In this document: positions 1 through 12,342 of the stretch, piece by piece
Layout: the number at the start of each line of letters is the position of its first letter
Position numbering within the stretch: the first letter of the stretch is position 1
NCBI RefSeq assembly: GCF_004010195.1
Contig: NC_057718.1
Coordinates: 17,558,430 to 17,612,978 of the forward strand
Reading direction: 5' to 3'
DNA from: Chiloscyllium plagiosum
Taxonomy: Eukaryota
DNA: 54,549 bases
Program-made: the position numbers and the translations under genes
The notes under the pieces: model-generated
What the model was told of the DNA's origin: nothing
What the model saw: the letters and a program-made list of their open reading frames with translations, nothing else
Database searches by the model: none

Positions 1-1960
1 TCATACCTGCCAATTTTGATCTACTCTACAAGCTCATTTACCTTGTTTCATATACTGCATGCATTCAAGTATAACACCCTCAATCCTGTGTTAACTGTCC
101 CCCTTCTCACAGTTGTCCCCTCATCTGCTGTGTCTAAATTAGATTCCTGACCCTTTCCATATACACTGTCTTATTTCTTGCTCTGGTAACTTTAATAACC
201 TCTGCAGAGCCCTCCCCGCCTTTTACTTTTTCCATGCAACTGAATTGCACCTACCCCCACTCATCTATTTAGTATGAAGGCATAGCCACAGCACTAGTTA
301 TACGATTCGCCAAGACACTGGTCCCCCAGCATGATTCAGGTGGAACCTGTCCCATTGTAACAGTTCTCTCCTTCCCCAGTACTGCTGCCAAGTTCCCTGA
401 ATTTGAACCAGTTTTTCTGATACCAACCTTTGAGTCTTGTTGACCTGTGCAAATTTGCTCACAGTTCAGGTAGCAATCCCAATACTATTACCTTTTTGAT
501 TCTGCTTTCTCACTTAGCCTCCAGCTGCTCATATTCTCTCAGCAGAACCTCTTGAGTCGATTTGTTTTATTATCACATGTACCTAAGCACAGTGAAGAGC
601 TTTGCTTGCGAGCAGTACAGGCAGATCATAGTAAGCAAGGACATACAGATTATAGAGTGAAAGGAACTTGGACTGAGTGAGGCATACACATTACACCATC
701 CAGCATGAGGCAAGATCAAGATTAATGAGATTGTGAACTTTTTGGTGCAAGTGTTCAAGCTTCTGTGTCTTCTGCTTAATGGAAGAGGTTGGAAGAGAGC
801 ATTACCAGGGTGGAATGGTCTTTGATTATGTTGGCAGCTTTTCTGTAAATGGAATCCATGGAAGTGTGAATAGAATCCATGGAAGGAACGCTGGCTTCCA
901 TGATGATCTGGGTTGCGCACACAACTTTCTATGGTCTTTTACGGTCCTGGGCAAAACAGTTACCGTAACAGGTCATTATGCACCCAGATTGTAAGCTGTT
1001 TATGGCACATCTGCAAAGGTTGGTGAGGGCCTTTCCACTTTCTACCGATATCATTGGTATTTACATGGACCACAACAACTGGATCTTTCCCCTCCTACTC
1101 CAATTTCCTCTGCAGCTGGGATGTCCTGAATCCAGGCACCAGCTAGACAGCCTTCCAGATTCTCAATCCTGGCCACAGAGAACCATGTTTATTCCCCTGT
1201 TTTATCCTCGATTACAACTACATTTCTCTTTCATTCTCCCTCTTTAATAGCTCGCTGTACCACAGTGCTATTGTCAGTTTGCTCATTCTCTCTACAGCCC
1301 TCACTCTATCCACATAGGAAGCAAGAACCTTAAACCAGTTAGGCAAACCCAACGGCTGAGGCTCCTTTAGCACCACACCTGGATCTCTCTACCTGCCTCA
1401 CTCAGAGTCATATGCTCCTGTCCCTGACCATTGACCATACTCAAAGTTGTTAATCTTAAGGGGTATGAGTTCCCTCTAACACAGCATCCAGGCAATTCTA
1501 CTCTTCCTGGTGTGTCGTAGTGTTCAAAGCTCAGATTCCAGATCATCAACTTGAGCCAGAGCTTTTCAAGCAACCAACATTTGCTACAGATGTGGTCACT
1601 ATGAACCACAATAGGGTCCACCAGCTCCCACATCATGCATTTATAATACATTACCTGGCGCCTCTATTTTAGATTACTTCGTTCTTAATTGATTTTTTAA
1701 AAGTTCATACTGGTTTTTTAGTTTGCAGTCTAGAAATATTTCTTCTGACTTACCTTCAATCTGAAAAAAACCTATAATAGTCAAATTAGTAACTATCACC
1801 AATGAATTTACAGTTTACCGGTGATGACACTCTTTTGTGCTGGGCTCCTGATCATGGACGTCAACTTATCATTTTAAAAAACTTACAAACTATCAATTGG
1901 AAAAAAAAGCAAAAAACATCTCTTCCTCCTGCAACAAATTCCCACATTCCCTCCAAATTC
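1..1960 (-). mobile_element. Decayed CR1-clade LINE 5' region (ORF1 remnant), interrupted by another LINE fragment at about 570-1030
   Basis: Minus translation 1651-1367 reads YKCMMWELVDPIVVHSDHICSKCWLLEKL, resembling the CxxCxMWE...CxKC N-terminal Zn-finger of vertebrate CR1 ORF1. Many stops and frameshifts. Boundaries approximate. Confidence 0.6.
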
Positions 1961-3829
1961 CCCAAACTATATACTCACTCAGGCTATATCTCACTCTGGA
2001 TGTGATTCTCTGTATTGGCCGTGAGGAAAATTAAAAACATTTTCCTATGGCTGGAGTCATCATTGAATCAGAAAAGTTCGCTGACGATAGCTTGCAATCC
2101 TACAAGTGTATTCTAAAAACAAAATGCCCTCAATCACTCTGACAATTCTATTTGGATGCTAAACTTCAGCATATACTGCACAATTTGTCAACTATTAAGA
2201 GATCACATTTTCCACTACATGTCGATGCCATTGTAAAGTTGGTTACACTGCCTTTGCAAGTCAGTTCATCTTTGGTTGCTCATCATCCTCCTTTGCTCAA
2301 TCTTTTGTGTTGAAGCTCATTGCTTTTCTTTCCAGCCATTGTTGCAGCTACAATTAGTGGTCATTAGTGTAAGTGGTAACTAGACACTAATGACAAGCAA
2401 TTTAGCAGTCACATTAGGTATTTTTAAAATCAGCCTGTTTCAGAGATGTTATAGAGTCAATCCAGGCCTCCTGGGGTAGGGATACTACCACTGCACTACC
2501 TTAGCCCTTTAGAAAATTGTTCCCTTGAGACAATCATAGTCATCAGGAATTAAACCCAACACACCACTGGGTTTCTAAATCATCACCTTTACCACTCAGC
2601 CACAATTATCAACCAAGAAGTCACATTAATTCCACCTTAAAGAGGTACCAATTGCAGACAGATAATCTGAGGTTTCCCAAAATAGTGAATGCATTTAATA
2701 CACATTAAGCAGTGCTATAGACATTGATCTCCACTGGAATGGAAAGCCATTAGCATGTGTTTATGCAATGGATGAGTCCTTTGACTTTTTCTCAGGAATT
2801 GCCAGCCTTTTATTTGGTTTGGGATGTAGTTACTTGCCCTACAGTTCTCTCGTTGAGGGAGTGACAGATGGTATAAACAGAGCCACTGCTTAACAATGGG
2901 TTCCTCCATCAGTGAGGTTTTGGAAGACGGGGTTCAAAATGCTGAGCTGACCAGACTCAGGATGTGTTAGATGAAGCAGAAGTGGGTTGGATGATGATGA
3001 TGATAATACAATTGGCCATTAGAGTGCTCACCAACGTCCAGTACGCAGCCCGAACCACCTAGAACCGCTGAGTGAAGTGACCCTATCCTTCTGGAACTGG
3101 ACACTGGCTCTGGATAATCTCCAGGACCAGCAACTATAATTTGAGCCAGCTTAGTGAAATTCCCTTGGTGCTTTTCAAAACAGCATGGAGGAGTTTGTTT
3201 TTCATGCAGCTGCCATACCAGTCTCCACTCTCTCACATTTGTCTGTCACTCAAATCCACCTTGGCTCAATGTCCTACCTTCCAGCACCAGAGTTAATAGA
3301 GGGTTTTCAAAAAGCAGATACTTTCTCTTTCCATCCTGGATCTGGAGTGGAAGTAATAACATGTGTTAACAGTTCAAGGAGGTTCACCGACTGCCAGGTC
3401 ACATGCAGTTTTTACAGTATGGAGGAAAGAGTGTTTCGCATTTACATTGAATGTCTTTATTTGCAGCTCCCATTTAGTTTCTTGAAAGAGTTGCTCCTGT
3501 ACCTGGCCAAAGTAGCCATCAAGTGGTCTGGGCAGCCAGTCATGGAGGGGGGTCATAGTACCCTTCTTCTGTTGTTAGATCCACATTTGGATGTCCTTTT
3601 GGAGGGTGCACGAGGTGTCCACCAACACAATACAGGCCTTGAGGGACCAATGGGCACCATGTGCCAGGATGCATCATCACCCAGTAACAATATTTTGATT
3701 TAATTTCAATTGTAGTTCCACAGGTTGATTGTTTGATGTGGGTTTTGGTCACAGTGCCTTGACAGGTTGATGAACTTATTTAAGCGTTTATTTAAAAGAA
3801 TATAATAGTGAGGGGACTTTATGTCCTTC

Positions 3830-4410
3830 TCTACTTAGGCAATTCCTCGTAGTTGTAGATGACTTCCTTCCACTCTGGTGTTGTGGGTCCTAATCGACTA
3901 AATGATCCAACTTTGGTTCTACATCTTGCCACAGGTGAGACAGGTGGTGTTTGATGACTCAAGTATTCACATTCTCCTTCCAATGTTTGTACTTGGTCTT
4001 CGCCATCAGTCAGCAATATTCAAATTGGTTGGCATCTCCATAGATGTTGCTTCTCCAGTTTGGACAAGTGATAACCACAAGTTGGTGAGGACAATGTACT
4101 CTTTCAGGGAGACTTTAAGAACATCCTTAAACATTTCCTTACCTTGTTGGTAACCATTTAGTGTTCTGAAGGTCAAGACAGAGAGCTTGCTTTGGAAGAT
4201 GTGTGTCAGACTCGCAGATGATGTGGCCCAGCTAGCACAGGTGACTGACTATAACCAGTGCGTCAATATTAGAAATGCTAACTTGAGAAGAGACAATCAT
4301 ATTGGAGCATTTATCCTGCCAGTGAGTTTGCAGGATTTTGCAGAGGCATCACTGGTGATATTCTCTTGTGATTTGTGTCTGTTATATGCTATCTATATTG
4401 GGCAGGACTG
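3830..4410 (-). mobile_element. RTE-clade LINE 3' fragment
   Basis: Minus strand gives RKCFKDVLKVSLK and CLCKILQTHWQD-like stretches, typical of the RTE ORF C-terminus. Degenerate. Confidence 0.6.
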
Positions 4411-4698
4411 CTAGCAACAGTGCAGAAATGTGAAAAAAAACTATGCAAAAAATATAATGATTTTATAGTTTGCAGATAACCTCTGTCTACTCAAGTCAGG
4501 TTAAATGTTTTAAGAAGTTCTGCGTTTAAAGACAGTTTTGTCTGTATCTCTATCTATTATTGCAATGCATTTTAAAACTAGGCCCATTTTGTGCATTTCA
4601 ACTATATTCCTCTAGGATGTGACCAGGATAAAATATTGGACAACAGCTATAGCAAGATATATGTGTCAGTATCAGATGTTCCAGTGATGTGGGATTAC

Positions 4699-4730
4699 CT
4701 AGTGTCTTGTTTTCATACCTGAGATTTATC
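4699..4730 (-). CDS. Candidate small coding exon 4 of the minus-strand gene (INLRYENKTL)
   Basis: TACTAAC branch-like motif (4750-4744), TTGACAG acceptor and TAG|GTAATC donor. Phase 2 to 1 fits only if exon 3 ends at 4899. Not supported by homology. Confidence 0.25.
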
Positions 4731-4898
4731 CTGTCAAGATTTAGTTAGTAAAGTTTTCTTTCTTGTACAAAATTGTAACAGCATGACTGAATTCATATTC
4801 CAAAAACATCATTAGTTATAGTTAACACCACTATTTTGTACTTAAATGACAAAAATTATTTCACACTAAACCAACAGTCCGAAAAACCTTACATTTAC

Positions 4899-4990
4899 TT
4901 TAGTTTATGCCCTGAAACCTGGACATTGTTCAGTTTTAAATGGTGCTGTGTTATCTCATAGCTCTTCTTCAATGTTTGCAATTTGGACAT
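4899..4990 (-). CDS. Candidate coding exon 3 of the minus-strand gene (MSKLQTLKKSYEITQHHLKLNNVQVSGHKL)
   Basis: GTTGTTTAG acceptor at 4992-4991. Only phase 0 is open, matching the phase-0 end of exon 2. The donor is ambiguous (AA|GTAAAT, CAG|GTTTCA or AAT|GTAAGG). Confidence 0.35.
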
Positions 4991-5027
4991 CTAAACAACT
5001 TATTGCCAATAAGTTATAAGAAAGGCT

Positions 5028-5712
5028 AAAAATCACACAACACCAGGTTACAGTCCAACAGGTTTATTTGGAAGTACTAGCTTTTGGAGCACTGCTCCTT
5101 CATCAGATAGCTGTGGAACAGGATCATAAAACACATTATAGTGTCATGGAGCTGAAATAATATATTGAACAAACCTAGATTGCTGTTAAGTCTTTCATCT
5201 TTTAGAATGGGTTGCAGGTTTCAGTTCATTAATATATAAATCCCAGAACTTATTTGCAGATACATTCTATTTTGATCAAAAAGCTCACAATCTACAGGCA
5301 ATCAATGCATGTAATCTTTCATAAATTCCTATGTTAAAAACAGAACCAGTCTAACTCAAGACTGGGATACAGACAGACTCCAACCGCACACATTGTTGGA
5401 GCTGAGATGTCACTTTTTTTTAAAAACCTTTAGTTATCTTGAGAATGTGATAGTTCTGGGATTTACATATTAATAAACTGAAACCTGCAATCCATTCTAA
5501 AAGACTTAACGGGAATCTAGGCTTGTTCAAATATCATTTCAGCTACATGACACTAATTTTTTCTATAAATTCTGTGTCTTATGATCCTGTTCCACAGCTA
5601 CACGATGAAGGAGCAGCACTCTGAAAGCTAGTACTTCCAAATAAACCTGTTGGACTGTAATCTGGTACTGGGTGAATTTTTAACTTTGTCCACCCCAGTC
5701 CAACACTGGCAC
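5028..5712. mobile_element. Penelope-like element remnant with inverted pseudo-LTRs (fold-back, about 330-bp arms)
   Basis: AAAAATCACACAACACCAGGTTACAGTCCAACAGG at 5029 is the reverse complement of CCTGTTGGACTGTAATCTGG...TTTTAAC at about 5646-5685. Degenerate hammerhead core CGATGAAGGAGCAGCACTCTGAAAGCTA at about 5603. Same family as 31480-32945 and 36905-37077. Confidence 0.75.
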
Positions 5713-5790
5713 CCCCCTATTATAAGAAAGGAACAGTTTGTGAACAAATGCTTGCAGGCGAGACCATGAACTCCATTTTGCAATACTCAC

Positions 5791-6150
5791 TTCGAAAGGT
5801 TTCGTGGGAAACGCCCTCTTGAATGTTGTTGTGCTCTTGACTGTAGAACAGTTTGTTGGAACATCATTGGACAGTGCTTCAAATTTCTTAGACTTTAACT
5901 TCATTCTTTTAATTTTACGCACCCGCTTGCTGTTAATTTTTCTTTTAGCACGGGAACCCATGGGGTCCTTCTTGGCACAGTCATTTATCCCATGTAGTAT
6001 TTCGGCATTATTCACAACATGAATATCTAATGAGGATTCCAGTTTAACTTTTAAATATTTTCGTTTCTTCTTCATTATCTTCCTCCTCCTGGATAAATGT
6101 AGCGAATGTTTTTGTTTTTCTTGATTTGTCTTATTTGAAGATCCATCGGT
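5791..6150 (-). CDS. Internal coding exon 2 of an unidentified Lys/Arg-rich, probably nuclear protein (120 codons, TDGSSNK...RAFPTKPFE)
   Basis: Acceptor TTATTTCTTACAG|ACC and donor GAA|GTGAGT. Exactly 360 nt, open in phase 0-0, non-repetitive, with basic clusters RRRKIMKKKRK and KRVRKIKRMKLKSKK. Confidence 0.75.
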
Positions 6151-6387
6151 CTGTAAGAAATAATCGCTCATTAGTAAAGCAGTAGAAAGCAAACAACACT
6201 TTTTTTACAATATCAAAACTTGGATGATTTAGCATAAAATCATGAATGCTTGACAACCAAAATGGTCAGTTTGAAACTCAGTCAATGTTAGTTTCAGTCT
6301 GTCTGTCATATCAGGGAGTGGTATATATGCTACAATCATCTCTTACAACTAAAATTTGTCAGTTTAGATTGCATCCTTGGAAATCTT

Positions 6388-6722
6388 AGAATCATAGAAT
6401 CCCTGCAGTGTGGAAACAGACCCTTCAATCGAACAATTCCACATCGATCCTCCAAAGAATAACCTACCCAGACCCATTCTGCTACTACTCTACATTTACC
6501 CCAAACTAATGCACCTAACCTACACATTCCTGAACAAAATGGGCAATTTAGCATGGCCACCTAATGTTCACATATTTAGACTGTAGGAGGAAACCAGAGC
6601 ACCCAGAGGAAACCCATGCAGGTACGGGGAGAATGTGCAAACTCTACACAGACAGTTGCCCGATGTGAGAATCGACCCTGGCACTGTGAGGCAGCAGTGC
6701 TAGCCACTGAGCCACCATGCCA
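6388..6722 (-). mobile_element. HE1-type V-SINE
   Basis: Reverse complement starts GGCATGGTGGCTCAGTGGCTAGCACTGCTGCCTCACAGTGCCAGGG (tRNA head), has the V-domain GAGTTTGCACATTCTCCCCGT and a CR1-derived tail ending in (GATTCTAT)n. Confidence 0.85.
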
Positions 6723-7999
6723 TCCACTTCTCTGCACTCTCTCTAGTGCAATTACACCTTTCCTATAGTGAAGTTGGGGATCAATTAGCTCAGTTGACTA
6801 GACACTTGATCTGCAATGCAAAGTGATACCAACAGCACAAATTCAATTTCCATACCGGCTGAAGTTAGAATGAAGGTCCTAGTTTCTTGACTTCACCCCC
6901 ACACAGGTTAAATTCACCATCAGTCATGTCTCTTTCTATCTCTCTCCAACTCTCTCTAATAAGAAAGCAGTTCTCTGAAACTATCACAACTTTATATTTA
7001 TCAGAGCAGCAACTAGAACTACACACAGTACTCCAGCTGTGATCTAACCAGTGGTCCACACAACATTCCAACTGTTGTGTTCAATGGCTTGACTAGGATT
7101 AACAAGTATTTTGTAAGCCTCAACGAACAACCTATCTACTGGTCTAGCCAGTTCTAGGGTCCAATCAGTTTGGAGCCCATGATCTGTTTCTTTATGCTTC
7201 TTAGCATCCTACCACTTTCTTGCCTGATTAGCCTTTACCAAACATTATCTCATATTGCTCCAGGTTTAACCTTATTTGTCATTGTTCTACTTGGCATGCC
7301 TACTGCTATCTTCTAGCGGGCTACAGCCAAATTATGTTTCATTTGCAAGCTTCTCAATCGAACCTCTATATTCAAGTTCAAATCATTGTAAAGGCTATAA
7401 ATACAAATGAGCTGAAACCGAACATGAAACCCACTGAGGCCAGCCAACCACTCAAAAATACCCATCAACCACTCCCCTTTGCTTTCCATCTCTGAACTAA
7501 TTTTAGATTTACCTTGCTACTTCACCTTAAATCCCATGGGTGTTTGCTTTTGTGATCTGTGTGACCAATTTGCCATGCCTTACCGAAAGCATTGCTAATA
7601 TCCATATAGACTACATCAAATCCACCACCCACATCGACATGACTTGTTACCATCTCAAAAAACTCAATCATGTTAGCCAGATATCTCCTCTTTAGTCATT
7701 AACAACTTGTATTATACCTGTCCACACCACTCTACAAGTACTGAGCCCATTTCTCACAACTAATTCGATTCAAATCTTTTAGAATTAGTGATAGCATCTT
7801 GAAGCCAACTAATCCCAAAGTGTCCCTTATAATCTGGTTGCCCATGATTAATCACCAGATAAATATTTTGCATTCATTTTATGCAGAATATAAGGAAAAC
7901 ATTGTCTATAAATCAGAAAGCGGAAGGGAGAGGGGACTACAGAGATGCCAGCCAATCCAACATAGAATCTCTTTGCAAGAATACAGCCAAGTCTCAGAC

Positions 8000-9030
8000 C
8001 TTTGAGTATAGAAGTTATGTTGAAATGGTACAGGATGTTGGTGAGGCATCTTTTGGAGTACAGTATCCAGTTCTGGTTTCCCTGTCATAGGAAGATATTA
8101 TTAAGCTGGAGAGGGTTCAGAAGAGATATAACAGGAAGTTGCCAGGAATGGAGGGTTTGAATGATAAGGAGAGGCTGGGGCTTTTTTCACTGGAGCATAA
8201 AAAGTTGAGACGTGACCTTATAGAGGTTTAAAAAATAATGAGGCTCATAGATAAGGCAAAGGCAAGTGTCTTTTCCTTAGTGTGGGAGACTTCAAAACTG
8301 AACGGCATATTTTTAAGGTGAGAGGAGAAAGATTTTTTAAAAATGAGGTAATTTTTTTTAAAGCATAGAGTGGTTTGTGTACAGAATGAATTTCCAGAGG
8401 GAGTGGTGGATGCAGGTACAGTTACAGTTTAAAAGACAATTTAGACAATTATCTGAATAAGAAACATTTGGAGGAACATTGCAAGTGCAGACAAGTGGGA
8501 CTAGTTTAGTTTGGGATTATGCTGTTTCTATGCGGTATGATTCCGTGATTCTAAGTCTCAACTTGAAACAACTAACTCTGCTTCCAGCAGCAAAGATTTA
8601 CAGGAATGGTTTCAGATCTTTACTGAGGATACTTGGAGAAGCTTGGGTAATTCTCTTTAAAGGATAAAGGAGGAGGTTTAATAAGAGATGTCAAAAATTA
8701 TGGGGCGTCTGGACAGAGTAGATACTGTCCTCATTGACAGAAGGGTGGACAAGCACAGGACAATGACTTAGTGTGAAGATCAAAAAATCCAAAGGCAACA
8801 TGAAGAATTTTTAACATGGCAAGTGGTTAGGGTGTGGAATGCGTACCTTGATGGTGTAGTGGAGGCAGGTTCAATTGTGCCTTTTAAAAAGGCTTTGGAT
8901 AATTATCTTAAAATACTAATTATACAGAGCTAGAGGGAAAAGGCAGGTGAGTGGGACTCCATGAACCGCTCTTGCAAAGGCCCAGAAGAGAAGGTGGATG
9001 AAATGGGTTGCATCCATGCAATAAACATTC
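8000..9030 (+). mobile_element. Two CR1/HER1 LINE 3' fragments in tandem (about 8000-8550 and 8620-9030)
   Basis: Degenerate LVRxxLEYxxQFW...LERVQKR...GLFSLE motifs of the CR1 ORF2 C-terminus, plus 3' UTR. Confidence 0.75.
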
Positions 9031-10071
9031 CAAAAGCCTCTCAAAATATTGCAACTACACATCTTCAACACACTGAAAAAAATAGAACACATGGTACATT
9101 ACTGAGATAATGGGCACTGAATGAAATGCCATGTTGAGCTGCCATTTTTCTATCGCTGCCAGAGCTTTTTACCCACTTGGGAGGTTCAGAACAGAAATCC
9201 AGGAGAAACGTCTTTACCTGAACTGGTCTAATTGTGCAACCTATCATATATCATAGAGGATAACAACATAGATGCACTTAAGACAAAGGTAGTTAAAGAC
9301 ATGAGAAAGAAAGGAGTAATGGATGGGATTGGACAGGAGAAGTCTGAAGGGACATTTGACGTATTCAAAATCATTATGACCTGAAAAAGTAAGAAACTGT
9401 TCCACTAGTGGGAAGGATTGAGAAATGAATCAATAGCACAAGGAAAAACTTTGCTGTAGTGTGAGTGCTTAAGGTATGGAATGCACTTCCTTAGGTTCGA
9501 GTAGAAACATGTTCAATTAAATCAATTCAATTAAAGCTAAATTTGAAATGGAACATGTGCAGAATTACAAGGAGAAAGCAGAAAATGGCATTATTTACAT
9601 TGCTAATTTGGAAAGATGATGCAGACATGGCAGACTGAGTTAGTTATTAATAACTATATTGCATTAATAATTGTTAGAAACTATTACTTTAACACATGAA
9701 AGGGTGGATATAAAGAGCATGCTTCCTCTTGTGGGGAGCTACACCTGGGCAATATAGTTTAAAAATAATTTAAAGACAAATTTGTTTTTTTTCAGAGAAT
9801 TGTTAGCCTGTGAAACCTCCTTCCTCGGTGGAGGTTGGGATTCACTGTGTCTATTACCAGGGAATCAAGGCTGGGCCAGGAGGTGAAAGCTGGACAAGGC
9901 AATGAGGGTGAACCCACAACCATATCAACTGCGCCCTTACTGAACAGTAAAGCTGACTCCAAAAGCCAAGTGCCCTCCTCTTGCAATCCTGAAGTGCGTG
10001 AGGAGGCAGACATGGAATATTGAACATTGAACCTGCTCCTTCAGAACTTCAATTGAGTCATACTAGACTCA

Positions 10072-10290
10072 GGAGGAGAAAGTGAGGTCTGCAGATGCTG
10101 GAGATCAGAGCTGGAAATGTGTTGCTGGAAAAGCGCAGCAGGTCAGGCAGCATCCAGGGAACAGGAGAATCGACGTTTCGGGCATAAGCCCTTCTTCAGG
10201 AATGAAGAAGGGCTTATGCCCGAAACGTCGATTCTCCTGTTCCCTGGATGCTGCCTGACCTGCTGCGCTTTTCCAGCAACACATTTCCAG
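10072..10290. mobile_element. Young Penelope-derived fold-back element with 14-bp target-site duplication
   Basis: Near-perfect inverted arms of about 90 bp centred near 10198. Flanked by the direct repeat TCATACTAGACTCA (10058-10071 and 10291-10304). Inserted into an older Penelope pLTR. Confidence 0.85.
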
Positions 10291-10479
10291 CTCATACTAG
10301 ACTCAACCCATTAAATGTTCCTCTCTCTCTCCATTGATATTGCCAGACCTGCTGAATTTCTACAGCATCTTCCATGTATGTTTCTGATTGCCAGCATGCG
10401 CAGTACTGTATATTGTTTTTATTTAACAGTGAGCTTCTGGGTCCAAAATGCTACTGCAAAGAGCAGCCTGGCACGTGGA

Positions 10480-10990
10480 GATAGGACTGTCCACGTGACT
10501 CCTGCCACTGAGATTCCGAGACCTTCACGAACGTTACGTCAGGGGGCGGAGCCAGCAGTAACCCCGAGCTGACCCCTAACGGCAGCAGCCGCCGCCGCCG
10601 CATGTCCATTTCAACCGCCTCCGGGCCGCGGCGGACAGGGGACTGCAGCGAGGACTTCGCTTCCTCCATCCCAACAGGGGCCTTTCCAAAACCATTTCCT
10701 GCCCCTCGATTGCACTGATTGACTGACCTGTTTGCAGAGCCCGTTCTCAGCCTCCAGGTTCCGGTAAACGGACAACGCCGACACGCGAGAATAGGCCATA
10801 GTAGCCTGTGTGAGGGACAGGGCCTGGAAGGAACGGACCGATGTGGTCCGTGCCGACGTCAGTACGTACAACAATGCCCCGCCCCCCAGTGTGTGACGGA
10901 CGTGGCGTCAGCGAATCAGCACTCGCCTGGCGCTGCCCCCGTTTCCCCCGCCCCCTTCTCAGCGTGGCCTTTTTCTCAATGAACTCAGAA
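10480..10990. promoter_or_regulatory. CpG island / promoter of the minus-strand gene
   Basis: The only strongly CpG-dense non-repeat stretch in the window. GC boxes GGGGCGGAGC (about 10543) and CCCCGCCCC (about 10877, about 10946). CRE/ATF-like TTACGTCA (10534), GACGTCA (10855) and GGCGTCA (10904). Confidence 0.8.
10728..10799 (-). CDS. First coding exon of the minus-strand gene (MAYSRVSALSVYRNLEAENGLCKQ)
   Basis: Kozak-type GCTACTATGG (A at -3, G at +4), 72 nt, donor CAG|GTCAGT. Lies in the CpG island. Phase 0 joins in frame to exon 6150-5791. Confidence 0.7.
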
Positions 10991-10994
10991 ACGT

Positions 10995-11212
10995 CACCTT
11001 GTTGAGATTTCCAATCTCGTTCTGCACAAGATACAAGTGCCATCTTACTGAGATGTTCACTTTCTCTCTCTCTCTCTCTCTGCACGATACAAGTACCACC
11101 TTGCTTAGATGTTTTCTGTCTCCACAAGATATAAGTACCAGCTTACTAAAATGTTATCCCCCTCTCCACAACACACAAGTACCACCTTGCTGAGATGTTC
11201 ACTCTCTCACCG
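10995..11212. repeat. Minisatellite, about 5 copies of a 42-54 bp unit
   Basis: Recurring CCACCTTGCTGAGATGTT...CTCCACAAGATACAAGTA. One copy has a (CT)n expansion. Confidence 0.8.
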
Positions 11213-11499
11213 CAGGATGGTATTGAGTTCCACTGACATTTTATGTTCTTGTTTTAAAGAAAATCCAAAAGGAGTTCTTTTTAAAGGTGTGCGCTAAAGC
11301 AGGTGATGGATGCAGGATTGATTGAGGCTTGCAAAATAGAATTAGGTTGTTCCTTTTCTAAGAATTCCATGCATGGTTATACGGAGAAGGCAGAAGATTG
11401 GTGATACCCTCGATGAATATTTAGTGATCCAATGGGCTGAATTGCATCCTTCTGCCCTGTACAATTCTTGGGCTGAGAGTCAAACCATCAACAAACAGT

Positions 11500-12096
11500 C
11501 TATGTGGTATCAAACATCAAAGTATTACCTGCACTTCCACATGTCATTTACTGTATACATTGCTCCCGATTCAATCTCCTCTACACTGCCCCCCCTCCCC
11601 CAACTCTGTCAAGGATATGCAGGTCCTGAGCCTCTTGCATCGCCACTCCCTTACAATCCAACGCCTGGAGCAAGAATGCCTCATCTTCTGCCTCGGGACC
11701 CTCCAACTCCATGGCATCAAATTGGATTTCACCAATTTCCTCATTTCCCCTCCCCACACCTTATCCCAGTTCCAAGCTTCCAGCTTAGCAAAGCCCTCAT
11801 AACTTGTCTCACCTGTCTGTCTTCCTTCCCACCCATCCTCTCCACCCTCCCCTCTGACCTAATATCATTACCCTCCACCTCCATCCACCTATTGCACTCT
11901 CAGCTACCATCCCCCAGCCCTACCCCACTCCCATTTATCTCTCCAGCCCCGAGGCTCCCACCTCATTCCTGATGAAGGGCTTTTGCCCAAAACGCCGATC
12001 TTCCTGCTCCTCAGATGCTACCTGACCTGCTGTGCTTTTCCAGCATCACACTCTTGACTCTAATCTCCAACATCTGCGGTCCTTACTTTCACCTAG
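11500..12096 (+). mobile_element. Penelope-like element 3' fragment (GIY-YIG endonuclease remnant plus pLTR)
   Basis: HVIYCIHCSR...DMQVLSLL...RLEQECLIFCLGTLQLHGIKLDF, then pLTR CTGATGAAGGGCTTTTGCCCAAAACG at about 11969. Confidence 0.8.
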
Positions 12097-12342
12097 ATGG
12101 AAAATGTAGTATATCTACAATGTCATTGGCTACAGGCTAATAATCTGGATCATTGGTGAAACTAAAATTCGATTAACTTAAAAGAAAATGAAACCATGAA
12201 AACATCAATTGTCACAAACACATTTCAGTGAAAAACCGACATCCTTACCTGGTCTGCCCTACATGTGATTCCACATCTATGTACTCAGTTGTATCAAACC
12301 ACTGCTGAACATTTGAACCAGATGGATTGCAGCAGTTTACGT

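Noticed and set aside
2230..2350. Further exon of the minus-strand gene
   Set aside because: The acceptor is weak and all three frames stop within about 20 codons. It cannot be supported.
2940..3780. 172-aa ORF 3185-3703 as a gene
   Set aside because: No recognisable domain or splice signals; probably antisense to a decayed LINE that I could not classify.
5680..6192. 170-aa single-exon gene as listed in the ORF track
   Set aside because: It has a non-ATG start, and consensus splice sites delimit an internal exon 6150-5791. The ORF tail runs into a Penelope repeat.
10451..10669. Alternative first coding exon MEEAKSS...
   Set aside because: No convincing donor before the stop. Long ORFs arise by chance in GC-rich DNA, and the 10799 exon has better signals.
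5791..10799. Naming the gene (TAF1D, ZCCHC9, CENPQ and REXO5 considered)
   Set aside because: Only compositional similarity; no diagnostic motif matched from memory.
10995..11212. CRISPR-like repeat/spacer appearance
   Set aside because: Eukaryotic context, the apparent spacers are homologous to each other and there are no cas genes. It is a minisatellite.
11373..11972. 199-aa Pro-rich ORF
   Set aside because: Off-frame read of a Penelope endonuclease remnant and C-rich UTR.
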